Source: Thermodesulfobacteriota bacterium
GTDB lineage: Bacteria; Desulfobacterota_D; UBA1144; Nemesobacterales; UBA2774
Assembly: GCA_963422265.1 (NCBI GenBank)
Contig: OY729416.1
Span: forward strand, 544,001-608,000
Length of the DNA: 64,000 nt
Direction of reading: 5' to 3'
Shown: in pieces, positions 29,911-40,668 of the stretch
Layout of the letters: each line of letters starts with the position of its first letter
How positions within the stretch are numbered: the stretch's first letter is position 1
The notes under the pieces: model-generated
What the model saw: the letters and a program-made list of their open reading frames with translations, nothing else
Told to the model about the DNA's origin: nothing
Databases searched by the model: none
Translations under genes and position numbers: made by a program

Positions 29911-30285
29911 ATGAAGAAAAAGGCGCTCATACTTGTAGATCACGGAAGCGTCGTGCAGGAGGCTAACGACGCTCTTGTAGAAGTCGCAGATATCGTAACG
30001 AAAAAAAACAAACTTGATTTTGATATAATACGTTACTGTCACATGGAGCTTGCCAAACCCACTATATCCCAAGCGTTTGACGATTGCGTGTCACAGGGAG
30101 CTTGCCAGATTATAGTGCATCCGTATTTTCTGGCTCCAGGTAGGCATTCGAAACAGGATATACCCAATATGGTAAAACAGGCTGCTGATGGACACCCTGG
30201 GGTGTCATATAAAGTTACAGAGCCTTTAGGAATACATGAGAAGATTGTTGAAGTAATACTCGAAAGGGTGAAGGATAAACAATAA
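29911..30285 (+). CDS. Small CbiX/SirB sirohydrochlorin chelatase
   Basis: LVDHGS, HMELAKP, PYFLAPGRH, EPLG. Confidence 0.9.
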   Translation: MKKKALILVDHGSVVQEANDALVEVADIVTKKNKLDFDIIRYCHMELAKPTISQAFDDCVSQGACQIIVHPYFLAPGRHSKQDIPNMVKQAADGHPGVSYKVTEPLGIHEKIVEVILERVKDKQ

Positions 30286-30304
30286 AAAGTATGGACAAGC
30301 GTAT

Positions 30305-31993
30305 ATGAAAAAGCTTACTGCCCCCTTGCGTAAGATTCCGACTTGGCGAGATGTCCTTAATATAAGCACGATCCCAGAGATGCTTGAATATAGCGTAAAT
30401 AAATACGGAAATAATACGGCGTATTCTACGCCGAAAAACAAAGCAGTTTATAAAATCAGCTACAGTCAAGTTCTTGATACAATAAAAAGATTTGCAAGAT
30501 ACCTAAGGGAGTCGGGCTTTGAAAAAGGGGATCACATAGCTATTCTTGGACAAAATAGGCCTGAGTGGGGAGTATCATTCTTTACTGTTTCTTGGATTGG
30601 AGCAGTTTGTATCCCACTCGACGCTAGAGCCTCACTAGCAGACTACAAATTTATTCTAAATTTTTCATCCGTTAAAGCAATAATTGTTTCAAGCTCTCAT
30701 TATGAGGCAATAAAATCCATCGCTCACGAGCTCTCAGGATTAAAAGAGATAATCCTGATGGATAGTATTGAAGAGATAAGCAATACGTATTCATCAGGGG
30801 TAGAAATGGCAAGGATTGAGTCTGACGACCTTTTAGAGATTCTCTTCACGTCAGGGACGACAGGTGATCCGAAAGGGGTAATGCTGAGCCACGGAAATAT
30901 TATGTCAAATGTCTCGGATATACACAGAATCATAGGCTATGGAGAACAAGACACGGCATTCTCAATCTTACCTATACATCACTCATACGAGTGCACTGGG
31001 GGGCTTATAGCTATGTTTTCAGGTGGTGTGAAGGTATTTTACGCAAGAAGCCTGAAACCAAGAGAGATGTTACAAGACCTAAAAACCGCTAAGCCCACAA
31101 TGTGGCTCAATACGCCGCTCATACTTGAAAGGCTATACTTGAGAATTGAGAAGGAATTGTCCTCTCAAAAAGGACTAAAGCGTTTGGTAGCTAACGTTCT
31201 GCCCAAAAAAGTGCTGGGGAAGAGAATTAAACAAAGACTTGGGCTTGAAAACACTAGGTTAATTATATCAGGTGGAGCTGCCCTACCCGCTTGGGTTTCA
31301 TCGGGGTTTAAGAGCTATGGACTGAACGTTGTTCAAGGATACGGGCTTTCAGAAACATCGCCCTTGGTATCCGTGAACCCGCCGGATAACCCCAAATTTG
31401 ACAGCGTGGGAATGATAATACCAAGTGATGAAGTTGAGATCAGGGACATTGACCATGAAGGCAACGGTGAAATAGTAGTTAGAGGACCTAACGTTATGAA
31501 AGGATACTATAAAAACAAAACCGCAACGGATGATACATTCACTAGTGATGGGTGGTTTCTTACAGGAGACATCGGCTACTTTGATGAAGACAGCTATTTG
31601 TATATTACGGGCAGAAAAAAGCACGTAATAGTTACTAAAGGCGGGAAAAATATCCATCCCGAAGAAATTGAGGAAAAACTTACCAAATCTATATATATAG
31701 AAGAAGCCCTTGTATTTAGTCCCGACGATGTCAATATCCAAGCCTTAATATGCCCTAACACTGATGAAGTCAACGCCAAGTTGGACGGTATGGATATAGA
31801 TCATAAACCAGAAGAGGTTTGGGAAATAATTAAGCTTGAAGTTAGAAAAACTAATCAATTGCTTGAACATTATAAGAGGATAAGACACTTTGCTATAAGG
31901 TTTCAGGAGCTTCCAAAAACGACAACTAATAAGACCAAGCGCTACCTCTTTAAGGACTTAAACTTGACCACTGATATTAAATTCCATAATTGA
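30305..31993 (+). CDS. Long-chain acyl-CoA synthetase (AMP-binding)
   Basis: FTSGTTGDPKG, QGYGLSET, TGDIG, TGRKK. Confidence 0.92.
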   Translation: MKKLTAPLRKIPTWRDVLNISTIPEMLEYSVNKYGNNTAYSTPKNKAVYKISYSQVLDTIKRFARYLRESGFEKGDHIAILGQNRPEWGVSFFTVSWIGAVCIPLDARASLADYKFILNFSSVKAIIVSSSHYEAIKSIAHELSGLKEIILMDSIEEISNTYSSGVEMARIESDDLLEILFTSGTTGDPKGVMLSHGNIMSNVSDIHRIIGYGEQDTAFSILPIHHSYECTGGLIAMFSGGVKVFYARSLKPREMLQDLKTAKPTMWLNTPLILERLYLRIEKELSSQKGLKRLVANVLPKKVLGKRIKQRLGLENTRLIISGGAALPAWVSSGFKSYGLNVVQGYGLSETSPLVSVNPPDNPKFDSVGMIIPSDEVEIRDIDHEGNGEIVVRGPNVMKGYYKNKTATDDTFTSDGWFLTGDIGYFDEDSYLYITGRKKHVIVTKGGKNIHPEEIEEKLTKSIYIEEALVFSPDDVNIQALICPNTDEVNAKLDGMDIDHKPEEVWEIIKLEVRKTNQLLEHYKRIRHFAIRFQELPKTTTNKTKRYLFKDLNLTTDIKFHN

Positions 31994-31994
31994 A

Positions 31995-32207
31995 TTAGCG
32001 CCCAAGCGTTACGATAACTGCCTCGCGTTCCCAAAACAATAAAAAACGTCTCCGCTCAATCGTTTGAAAAATTAGCTGCCATCCGTCCCTGGCGTATTCA
32101 TTTAACTCGGCTTCTAGTTTCTTAATTGGCACTCTTGATGACCCTAAAAATAAAGTCCCTAAAAAACCTTCTGTTATGTGTATAACTTTGTATTCCTTAT
32201 ATGCCAT
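31995..32207 (-). CDS. DUF4177-like small protein
   Basis: YKEYKV...LNEYARDGWQL...RRFLLF. Confidence 0.75.
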   Translation of the reverse strand: MAYKEYKVIHITEGFLGTLFLGSSRVPIKKLEAELNEYARDGWQLIFQTIERRRFLLFWEREAVIVTLGR

Positions 32208-32248
32208 TTTTTATAGTAACCTCTTTGTGATTCCACTATACTCTTTCT

Positions 32249-33448
32249 TCAGCACAGATTCTTAAAATCAGTGCCCGTAGGATTCTGGAATACCCGGAGC
32301 TCGAACCCGCGCATCGCCGCTAGCACATGATCAAATATATCAGCCTGTATTTGTTCATAATTCTCCCAAACCTGGTCTTTACTGAAAATATAAATCTCGA
32401 TAGGGAGACCGTTGGGTCCTGGGTCAAGCTGTCTGATCAGGAAAGTTAAATCTTTACTAATTTTAGGATTATCCTTTAAGTAAGATATCAAGTAAGCTCT
32501 GAACGTCCCTATATTCGTTAACCTACGGCCGTTAATAAGCTCCGAATCGTCTATTTGTTTCTGTTGATTATAATCAGCAAGTTCTTTCTTTTTCAATTTA
32601 ATATAATCGCTTATATATCGGTACTTTCTAAATTTCTCGAGCATCTTTTCATCGCAGAACTTGACGCTGGTCATATCAATGTTGATAGCCCGTTTTATTC
32701 TCCTTCCTCCTGACTCTGACATTCCGCGCCAGTTTTTAACCCCTTCGCTGACTAAAGCAAACGTGGGTATGGTTGTAATGGTCTTATCCCAGTTTTGAAC
32801 TTTTACGGTCGTTAGGGAAATATCTGTTACGTCCCCATCAGCGCCGTATTTCGGCATTTCAATCCAGTCTCCTACTTTTACCATATTATTGACAGAGAGC
32901 TGTATTCCAGCGGCAAAACCGAGTATCGGATCCTTGAATATAAGTATAAGAACTGCGGTCATAGCCCCAAGTCCACCTATGAGGAAAGCAGGTGATTTCC
33001 CTATTATTAGGGAAATTATTACAACCCCGATCAACGTGTAGATAACAATTTTAATTACTTGGCTAATGCTTCTGACGGGTATATTGTGAGACTCGTCATA
33101 CTTGCCATAAATATCTACTACCGAGCCAATAAAAGCATCAACTGTAAGTACCACCATAAATAGCATGTAAATCTCAATTACTCTGCGTATTATGAAAATA
33201 ATTGTCTCATTAGTGAACGCTAAGTCCACCATTAAATAAATAACGATAGCTGGTGCTATATGGGAAAGCCTTCTGAAAAATTTTCTTTTTACTAATATAT
33301 CATCCCACTCAGATGCGGTTTTAGAGGCGAACTGTTCGACGATTTTTAGAACAAATCTCTTTGCCGCGTGATTTACTATAAAAGCTAAAACCAGCAGCCC
33401 AAGAAACATCAGCAGGTCTATCCCTATAGGAATTAGCGTCTCGCTCAC
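32249..33448 (-). CDS. Mechanosensitive channel, MscS family (YbdG/MscM-like)
   Basis: GDWIEMPKYGADG, VQNWDKT, NWRGMSESGGRRIKR, TNIGTFRAY. Confidence 0.93.
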   Translation of the reverse strand: MSETLIPIGIDLLMFLGLLVLAFIVNHAAKRFVLKIVEQFASKTASEWDDILVKRKFFRRLSHIAPAIVIYLMVDLAFTNETIIFIIRRVIEIYMLFMVVLTVDAFIGSVVDIYGKYDESHNIPVRSISQVIKIVIYTLIGVVIISLIIGKSPAFLIGGLGAMTAVLILIFKDPILGFAAGIQLSVNNMVKVGDWIEMPKYGADGDVTDISLTTVKVQNWDKTITTIPTFALVSEGVKNWRGMSESGGRRIKRAINIDMTSVKFCDEKMLEKFRKYRYISDYIKLKKKELADYNQQKQIDDSELINGRRLTNIGTFRAYLISYLKDNPKISKDLTFLIRQLDPGPNGLPIEIYIFSKDQVWENYEQIQADIFDHVLAAMRGFELRVFQNPTGTDFKNLC

Positions 33449-33529
33449 AAATTAAAATCCTCTACTATTGTGACTAGAATGACTTCTCGAAGGTATGTCA
33501 AGGTAAACTGCGATCTATACCTATTCCAC

Positions 33530-33736
33530 TCAATGGTTGGTAATTACTTCAGTTTGATTATTCATAATAACTATATGGATTGATGCTAAGCGTCCGTCTT
33601 CAAACTTTACTTTGTAGGCTTTGCCGACCATCTTCTTAACCCCGCCTATAATTTCTCCTATAAGTCCCGGCTCAAAGATCTCATCGCCCAGATTTATCGT
33701 GAGAATAACCTTAAACTTTGTACCCGGTAAGTACAT
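33530..33736 (-). CDS. Small hypothetical protein, possibly SH3-like beta-barrel
   Basis: 68 aa, AGGA RBS; PGTKFKV...PGLIGEI...YKVKFEDGR pattern. Confidence 0.55.
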   Translation of the reverse strand: MYLPGTKFKVILTINLGDEIFEPGLIGEIIGGVKKMVGKAYKVKFEDGRLASIHIVIMNNQTEVITNH

Positions 33737-33833
33737 ATACGTCCTATACCTAATATATTAACTTCTCAAAATATTTAATGCCGTCAATGTTATCCATTAG
33801 AGAGTTAGGTAAAGGAAGATAGCCCCACACAAA

Positions 33834-36002
33834 CTATATTCTTTTAGCAGGAGCCGAAGCTAGGTGTTCCTGTAAGCGTTCACACTCAGCATATAGCTCC
33901 TTGGCTAAGTCCAACATCTCAACTGAAAGCTCCTCCGTGTAATCCTGGTCAAGCATATCGATCAGCACGCTTGATATATCCATCCATTTTTCATCAGCAT
34001 CTCCTGTTCTTACAAGAAGATTCTCAAATTCCCACATAGTCTGAGAAGGCGTGAACGGATCAATAAGTTTTGTGTATAAGGGCACGTGTGCACTTGCCGC
34101 GCATGAATGATAAGATTCCATCACGGAGGCGCTATATTCACCGTGTTTGAGCAGCGCCTCAGCTTGTTCTATGCGCTTTTGGGCATCAGCAAAAGTCGGC
34201 ACCTTTTCCTCAACCGTAGCCCCTGCACATTCACCTTTCACTCCTTTTTGGAGTTCAAACTTCTCTTCTTCATGTCCCCAGTCCTGATAGAACGCAGGGT
34301 CTTGCTCAAAGGTCGGTATCTTTGTAAATTCGGATATTTCTTCTTTGATACGATCCCTGCCTAGCCTTTTCATTACCCTGTCAAAGTGCTCGTTGCCGCT
34401 TCCCTCGTCCCTATATAGCTCAAGCAATCTCCTAACAACTTTTGGGGCGTTTCTAGTCGGAACTTTAATAATAGAGGTAGCGAGCCTTGTATTATCCCCA
34501 TATAGTCCACCACCTACGAAGACCTGTTCTGCTGGGACGTTTCTACCACCTTTGGCAAGCGAAGCCCCCTGGAAGCCTATACTTGCCGTAACGTGCTGTG
34601 CGCAGGAGTTTGGGCATCCAGATATTTTGATTTTTAAGTTTTTTGACAGCTCTTTAAATTCACCTAGTCCGTTCTTCATGCCCACGCTAAGAGTATCGGC
34701 TAATCCCTTTGCGGACGTTATGCCCAAGCGGCACGTATCAGCTCCGGGGCAGGCAGTTATATCATCAAACGTCTCTGGTGCTAAACTTACAAGGTCTATT
34801 TCTTTAAGGGAGGAGTACAAGGCGGGGAGTGCGTTTGTGGGAACCCATCGAAGTATAAAGTTTTGGCTTATACTTATTCTAATCTCTCCCGAAGAAAACA
34901 TCTCTGCAATATCTGCCAGCTTTCTGGCTTTATCAGAGTCAACGTCGCCGTTATGGACTCTGATATTTACCATCCTAAAACCCTCTTCGGCGTGAGATAA
35001 AACGCATGAGTCATACCATACTCGGTAGTCGTGATTATTCTCTATATCTTCAGAGAATTGTGGGATGTTAGAATTAGCCTCAGGTGGTTTTTCATCTATA
35101 TTACTCAAAAAATCGTTCCACGAAGGCTCGACTCTCAACAACTTCCTCTCAGCCTCTACGCGCTTGCAGAACTCATCAAATCCAAGCTTTCTTATTAAGA
35201 ACTTCATACGGGCTTTCATGCGCACTTTACGTTCTCCAAAGCGATCAAATACCCGAACTACGGCGGCTGAGAATGGTATCATCTCCTCTACGGGCATAAA
35301 ATCAGCCCATAGATGCCCTAACGAAGGTGATGCTCCTAAGCCTCCTCCCACGTAAACCTGAAATCCGCGTTTTAACCCCCCGTTAACTTCCCTAACGCGG
35401 GCGCGGAAACCTAAATCGTGGATCCTGATCCCGGCGTGATCTTGATCTGGGCAACCTTCAAAGCACACCTTGAACTTTCTACCCATATTTTGGCAAATCG
35501 GGTTTCTAAGCATAAAATTCTTAAAAGCCTCGGCGTAAGGCGTTACGTCAAACGTCTCGGTAGGAGAAGCCCCTGACTGGTGACACGCCGTAACGTTTCT
35601 TACTGTATTTCCACAAGCCTCACGCGTAGTTATACCAACGTCCGCAAGCTCTCGCATCATATCGGGCACGGTTTTCAACTGTAGATAGTAAATCTGAACG
35701 TCCTGTCTTGTGGTAAGGTGTATAAAACCGCTGGCGTATTTATCCGAAATGCTAGCTAAGCGTCTTAGTTGCTGTGAGTTAAGGCCACCGAAGGGAATCT
35801 TTATGCGCTGCATCTGCACCCCAGCCTGACGCTGAGCATAAGTGCCTAATTGAAGGCGTATCTTCTGGAATTTAATCTCACCTGTCATACCTGCGAGATA
35901 GTCCTCTATCTGACGCTCATAAAGGTCAAGCTCCTCTCGGACTTCATCAGGTAAACCAGTTTTGATCTCCTCAATTGTTTTTTGTTTGACTTGCTCTTCC
36001 AT
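33834..36002 (-). CDS. Siroheme nitrite/sulfite reductase with C-terminal HEPN-like helical domain
   Basis: HLTTRQD, EACGNTVRN, GRKFK; [4Fe-4S]/siroheme Cys motifs CPGADTC and GCPNSC. Confidence 0.92.
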   Translation of the reverse strand: MEEQVKQKTIEEIKTGLPDEVREELDLYERQIEDYLAGMTGEIKFQKIRLQLGTYAQRQAGVQMQRIKIPFGGLNSQQLRRLASISDKYASGFIHLTTRQDVQIYYLQLKTVPDMMRELADVGITTREACGNTVRNVTACHQSGASPTETFDVTPYAEAFKNFMLRNPICQNMGRKFKVCFEGCPDQDHAGIRIHDLGFRARVREVNGGLKRGFQVYVGGGLGASPSLGHLWADFMPVEEMIPFSAAVVRVFDRFGERKVRMKARMKFLIRKLGFDEFCKRVEAERKLLRVEPSWNDFLSNIDEKPPEANSNIPQFSEDIENNHDYRVWYDSCVLSHAEEGFRMVNIRVHNGDVDSDKARKLADIAEMFSSGEIRISISQNFILRWVPTNALPALYSSLKEIDLVSLAPETFDDITACPGADTCRLGITSAKGLADTLSVGMKNGLGEFKELSKNLKIKISGCPNSCAQHVTASIGFQGASLAKGGRNVPAEQVFVGGGLYGDNTRLATSIIKVPTRNAPKVVRRLLELYRDEGSGNEHFDRVMKRLGRDRIKEEISEFTKIPTFEQDPAFYQDWGHEEEKFELQKGVKGECAGATVEEKVPTFADAQKRIEQAEALLKHGEYSASVMESYHSCAASAHVPLYTKLIDPFTPSQTMWEFENLLVRTGDADEKWMDISSVLIDMLDQDYTEELSVEMLDLAKELYAECERLQEHLASAPAKRI

Positions 36003-36136
36003 TGTTATCCCTTCTATAATTAAAAATTAGGAATTTATGTTGTTAGAATTATTAGTCTATATATAAAAAGACGTATTATCAAACAGAACTTATATGAAAA
36101 ATTTGTTGAATTCACGAGAACGCTCTTTATATTATT

Positions 36137-37432
36137 TTATATGTCAACGGGCGTAGCATAAGCTAGTCCCCCTTCTACTTTGTTAATACTAACTATTACT
36201 TCTTCTCCTATTTCAAAATCGCCGCCGCCTTCCAGCCTTACCGATAAGTAGTTTGTGGTTGTACCCTTTAGGTTAGATTCTACCAATATCGGGAAATTTC
36301 TCCCCACAAAGCTCTTGTAAAACCTATCTTTTTTCTCTATACCAAGCTCTCTTAATTTTTTGCTTCTATGTTTAACGGTATTCGGATGAACCTGATTAGG
36401 CATATTAGAGGCGGGGGTCATTTTTCTTTTTGAGTAGGGAAAAACATGAAAATAAGTAAGCGCCGATCTTTCTGCCACGTCATAAGTATTCTGGAATTGC
36501 TCCTCCGTCTCACCTGGGAACCCCACCATAATGTCAGAACCTATAGAGGCATCCGGCATAGTTTTTCTGATTGATCGCGTCAGCTTGAGAAATTTATCGT
36601 GTCTATACCTCCTTCTCATTTGTTTGAGCACCTTGTCATCACCGCTCTGGAGCGCTATGTGAAACTGTGGACAGATAGTTTTGCTACCCGCTATGAAATC
36701 TATTAAAGAGACATCCACGTCTGCCGGGTCCAGAGACGTAAGCCTCACGCGGTTAACTATTTTTTCTTTTTCTATTTCACGTATGAGCTCAAAAAAACTC
36801 GTTCCTATATCTCTACCATAGCTCGCTATATGTATGCCCGTTAATACGATTTCCTTATACCCAAAGGTAGCTAACTTCTCCATACGCTCTAGGACCTCCC
36901 GAATCGGAAGACTCCTTGAACGTCCTCTAGCCCTTGGAATGATACAGAAAGTACAGGCAAAGTTACATCCGTCCTGGACTTTTAAGTATGCCCTTGTCCT
37001 CCCAGGAAAGCTCTCTATATCAGGGGTTTCAAAATCCTTTCTCTTTTCCTTAAAAACGTCTGAGATAAAAACTTTTGGTTCCTGCTGACACTCTCCTTCC
37101 ATTATAACTTTGATTAAGGACGAGAATTTATGTGAATTGCCGATTATATAATCAACCCCTCGCACTTGCTTCAGTTCGTCTGGCGATACCTGACCATAAC
37201 AACCTGTTACAATTACAACCCCTTTGGGATTAGCCCTTTTTGCACGGTAAATATAGTTTCTGGCTTCAGCATCCGCCTTGTGGGTGACAGTGCAGGTATC
37301 TATAAGGTAAACGTCTGCTTTGTTTCCAAAACCCACCCTCTTATATTTGCTCTCAGGAAGCCTGTTGAGGATTGCGGCTGTATCATATTGATTCGCCTTG
37401 CATCCTAGCGTAACGACGGAAATACTCTTCAC
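36137..37432 (-). CDS. mtaB: tRNA t6A37 methylthiotransferase MtaB
   Basis: TLGCKANQYD, CTVT, radical SAM CNFACTFC, HVFPYSKR. Confidence 0.93.
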   Translation of the reverse strand: MKSISVVTLGCKANQYDTAAILNRLPESKYKRVGFGNKADVYLIDTCTVTHKADAEARNYIYRAKRANPKGVVIVTGCYGQVSPDELKQVRGVDYIIGNSHKFSSLIKVIMEGECQQEPKVFISDVFKEKRKDFETPDIESFPGRTRAYLKVQDGCNFACTFCIIPRARGRSRSLPIREVLERMEKLATFGYKEIVLTGIHIASYGRDIGTSFFELIREIEKEKIVNRVRLTSLDPADVDVSLIDFIAGSKTICPQFHIALQSGDDKVLKQMRRRYRHDKFLKLTRSIRKTMPDASIGSDIMVGFPGETEEQFQNTYDVAERSALTYFHVFPYSKRKMTPASNMPNQVHPNTVKHRSKKLRELGIEKKDRFYKSFVGRNFPILVESNLKGTTTNYLSVRLEGGGDFEIGEEVIVSINKVEGGLAYATPVDI

Positions 37433-38517
37433 GATTGCAGCAGCACCCTATCTATCCAGCCGCCTCCTAGGACCTTATTTCCTTTATAGAATACTACTGC
37501 CTGTCCCGGAGTAATTGAACGCTGCGGCTTTTTGAACTCGACCAAGGCATCAGTTTCAGATGTCATTGATACTGAGGCGTCGCTTTCTTTATGCCTATAT
37601 CTAACTTTAGCCCTTACTTCAGCACTTCCACCATTGATTTTATCCAAGTGATTTATCCATGAAATGTTTTTGGCAATCAGCTTTGTGCTATAAATCTCGG
37701 ACTCCTCACCCACTATTACCCTATTTGTAGAAGGATCTATTTTAATTACGTACATTGGCTTGCCTGTTGTTATGCCGAGCCTCCTTCTCTGGCCCACCGT
37801 GAATGAATAAATCCCTTTATGTTTGCCGAGCAACTCTCCTTTCATATTGATAATTTCTCCCTCACAACTCTCGAATTCATGACGCTGTTCCAGATAATCC
37901 CTGTAGTTACCACCGGGCACAAAACATACCCCTGTGCTATCAGGCTTATCAGAAGATTTCAGGTTCATATCTTTCGCTATAGACCTAACCTCTTTCTTGC
38001 TCATTGATCCGAGGGGAAACGCTAGGTGTGAGAGTTCTTTTTGCTTTAGGCTATAAAGGAAATACGTCTGATCTTTTGTGCTGTCGAGAGCTTTGTTCAA
38101 AGTGAACGTGCCATTTTCACAATCCCTTTCAACCCTTGCATAGTGCCCCGTCGCTAAGCAGTCAGCACCTAGCTCTAACGCTCGCTTTAAGAGTAAGTTA
38201 AACTTTATATGCTGGTTACAGAGAATGCACGGTATTGGGGTTTTTCCAGACCTGTATTTATTTATATAGTCGCTCAGGACGTAGCTCTTAAAATCTTCAA
38301 TCAGGCTAACTACGTAATGAGGTATGTCTATCTTCTGAGCGGCGCGACGTGCGTCGATGACGTGATCAAAAGAACAGCACCCTCCTTCCGCGTCTTTATA
38401 GTCCAAGAGTTGCATAGTTACGCCTATAATTTCGTGACCTTGCCCTTTTAGAATTGCGGCTACGGTGGTACTATCTACGCCCCCGCTCATTGCGACTACT
38501 ATTTTCTTCTTATTCAT
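37429..38517 (-). CDS. mnmA: tRNA 2-thiouridylase MnmA
   Basis: SGGVDS, PCILCN, ATGHYAR, KDQTYFL, TPGQ. Confidence 0.96.
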   Translation of the reverse strand: MNKKKIVVAMSGGVDSTTVAAILKGQGHEIIGVTMQLLDYKDAEGGCCSFDHVIDARRAAQKIDIPHYVVSLIEDFKSYVLSDYINKYRSGKTPIPCILCNQHIKFNLLLKRALELGADCLATGHYARVERDCENGTFTLNKALDSTKDQTYFLYSLKQKELSHLAFPLGSMSKKEVRSIAKDMNLKSSDKPDSTGVCFVPGGNYRDYLEQRHEFESCEGEIINMKGELLGKHKGIYSFTVGQRRRLGITTGKPMYVIKIDPSTNRVIVGEESEIYSTKLIAKNISWINHLDKINGGSAEVRAKVRYRHKESDASVSMTSETDALVEFKKPQRSITPGQAVVFYKGNKVLGGGWIDRVLLQS

Positions 38518-38579
38518 AATCAGGTGGAAAGATTACCTAAGGTTCAAGATTCAAACAAACGCAAAGGAGTTCGGCAGGC

Positions 38580-39791
38580 TTAAACTATCCCTGATTCTAC
38601 TTTGGTAATTGAATAATAGAGTCCTTCCGCGAATTTAAGCTCTTTTGCTTCTACGTGCTGATGGACAGCGTTAAATACATCTTGTGAGACTATGATTTTC
38701 CAGACTGGGGCTACTTTACTAATACTTCTTGCGATTTCAGTAACCTTTTTGATTCCCTGAGGCATACCGGTATAACTACTTGCTTCGAGGCGCCTTAAAC
38801 ATATACCTACTTTTCCACCTATTACTCTTTTGCCTCCTATATTTTTCTCTCTGGTAACACTGGCCAGGTATTGAAGCATCTCTACGGCTGAGCATACCGC
38901 CCTTAATTCTAGTTTGTCTAACTCTTTGGATGCGTTAAAAAACGCGATAATTTCATTTTTCAAAAAAGTCTCAACGAAACCACCGTAATCGGATATGATT
39001 CTCGACACCTCTTTTCTGTAGCTGATTAAGAACGAATTGAATTCTAATGGGCTAAGGTCTGAAGAGAATTCGTTGAAATCGGTGATGCTAGCGACTAATA
39101 CTGTGAAGTTTTTTAAGTGATGAGGATGATCTTGAGGCTCTTCTTCTACCTCAAGTAACACAGATTCAGATATTCGTTCTCCAGTTTCTTGTTTTTTCTC
39201 TATTTCTTCACGACTTCTTGGTATTTCATTTGACGTGCCATTCTCGTCAAGCTCAATTAAAATGTTCTCCTTTGATACTTTATCTATATTTGGTATTCGA
39301 GCTTCAGAGGCATCATTTTCACTATCGAGTGAGGGGACGTGCTTGGTAAGAAAGGAAAAGACAAATAAGAGTATTGTGGAAGCAGCAATCCCTATTAAAA
39401 CACCATAAAACGCTGAATACAGAATCGGGCTTTTGTAGCTACTGGTAACGAGTCCTAGTAGGATAGTGTTACTCTCTGGCGTAGTTATAGGAAACGACTC
39501 GGTGTTGTTCCCTGCTTTACCTCCAAAGCTTTGTAGTAGAAACCCTTGCGGGTCTAAAAGCTGCACGTAAACAACGTCTTGTCTTGAGTTGAGTACTTCT
39601 ATAGCCGTTTCCGAGAAGTTCTTCTCCGAAGAGTTAAAAAGATGCGTATATTCAAGAATATTTTGGTTTTTGAACGCAGAAGAAAAGTAATAGGAATTAA
39701 ATACTGAAATCAGAACCGATATCAAAATAGATATAAAAATTAGTGCTGGCAAGCTTCTTGACATTTTACTTAATGCCGCTGCGCGTTTCAC
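38580..39791 (-). CDS. Membrane protein with a degenerate class III nucleotide cyclase domain
   Basis: 2 TM helices, acidic linker, then FTVLVASITDF...GGFVETFLKNEIIAFF...KVGI...IIVSQDV, which lacks the catalytic Asp residues. Confidence 0.7.
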   Translation of the reverse strand: MKRAAALSKMSRSLPALIFISILISVLISVFNSYYFSSAFKNQNILEYTHLFNSSEKNFSETAIEVLNSRQDVVYVQLLDPQGFLLQSFGGKAGNNTESFPITTPESNTILLGLVTSSYKSPILYSAFYGVLIGIAASTILLFVFSFLTKHVPSLDSENDASEARIPNIDKVSKENILIELDENGTSNEIPRSREEIEKKQETGERISESVLLEVEEEPQDHPHHLKNFTVLVASITDFNEFSSDLSPLEFNSFLISYRKEVSRIISDYGGFVETFLKNEIIAFFNASKELDKLELRAVCSAVEMLQYLASVTREKNIGGKRVIGGKVGICLRRLEASSYTGMPQGIKKVTEIARSISKVAPVWKIIVSQDVFNAVHQHVEAKELKFAEGLYYSITKVESGIV

Positions 39792-39965
39792 TTCTTGAGT
39801 CTTTAATTAAACTCTGTCCACTTAAACTAGATAGATTTTGAATTAACTCTTGTCCGCAATGCTGAATTAGTAAAATTGTGAGAACTATGGAGTGTAACAA
39901 GGCTATAATTCTCCTTATACAAGCATGTGTACACAAGGATAGCTAATAGTTAGTAATACTGCCAT

Positions 39966-40229
39966 TTACTGAGTAAGTACTGGTTGTATATTTACCTTAG
40001 TTTTATTCTTCTTAAACTTCTTAAACTCCACCACTCCATCTATTAAAGCGAATAAAGTGTGATCCCTCCCCATTCCCACGTTGTTGCCGGGATGAAATTT
40101 AGTTCCTCTCTGTCTGGCAATAATGTTGCCGGCTCTTACAGCTTCGCCACCAAAGTGTTTGATTCCCAGCCTTTTTCCTGCTGTATCCCTACCGTTTCTT
40201 GTGCTTCCCCCACCTTTTTTAGTTGACAA
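39966..40229 (-). CDS. rpmA: 50S ribosomal protein L27
   Basis: [22 protein letters not shown]. Confidence 0.98.
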   Translation of the reverse strand: MSTKKGGGSTRNGRDTAGKRLGIKHFGGEAVRAGNIIARQRGTKFHPGNNVGMGRDHTLFALIDGVVEFKKFKKNKTKVNIQPVLTQ

Positions 40230-40241
40230 TGGTTTTACCTC

Positions 40242-40556
40242 CTAATTCAGAATATCAGTTATTTTAATGGAAGTGTAGGTTTGGCGGTGTCCGTTTTTAT
40301 TTCTATATTTTTTTCTTCTTTTAAACTTAAAAACGGTAATTTTTTTGCCCTTTTTTTCGCTCAGTATCTTAGCCTTTACAACTGCATTCTCCACAGTAGG
40401 AGAACCTAAGCTCATTTTTCCGTCGTTGCCAGATACCATCAGCACTTCCTTGAATTGTATTTCGTCACCTAGATTGCCTGTCAGTTTTTCAACGTCAATA
40501 ACGTCTCCAGCTCTTACGCTATATTGTTTCCCGCCAGTTCTGATTACAGCCTGCAT
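40242..40556 (-). CDS. rplU: 50S ribosomal protein L21
   Basis: TGGKQY, GHRQ. Confidence 0.98.
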   Translation of the reverse strand: MQAVIRTGGKQYSVRAGDVIDVEKLTGNLGDEIQFKEVLMVSGNDGKMSLGSPTVENAVVKAKILSEKKGKKITVFKFKRRKKYRNKNGHRQTYTSIKITDILN

Positions 40557-40668
40557 TGTATAATGCCCCCCTTTTGTTCACTTAAGGATTAGTATTATTT
40601 CTTTACTTATATTGTCAAGCACCTCTCTAATCTTTATCTTCTGAGTGTTGGCTAGGTCTATTCTTAAG

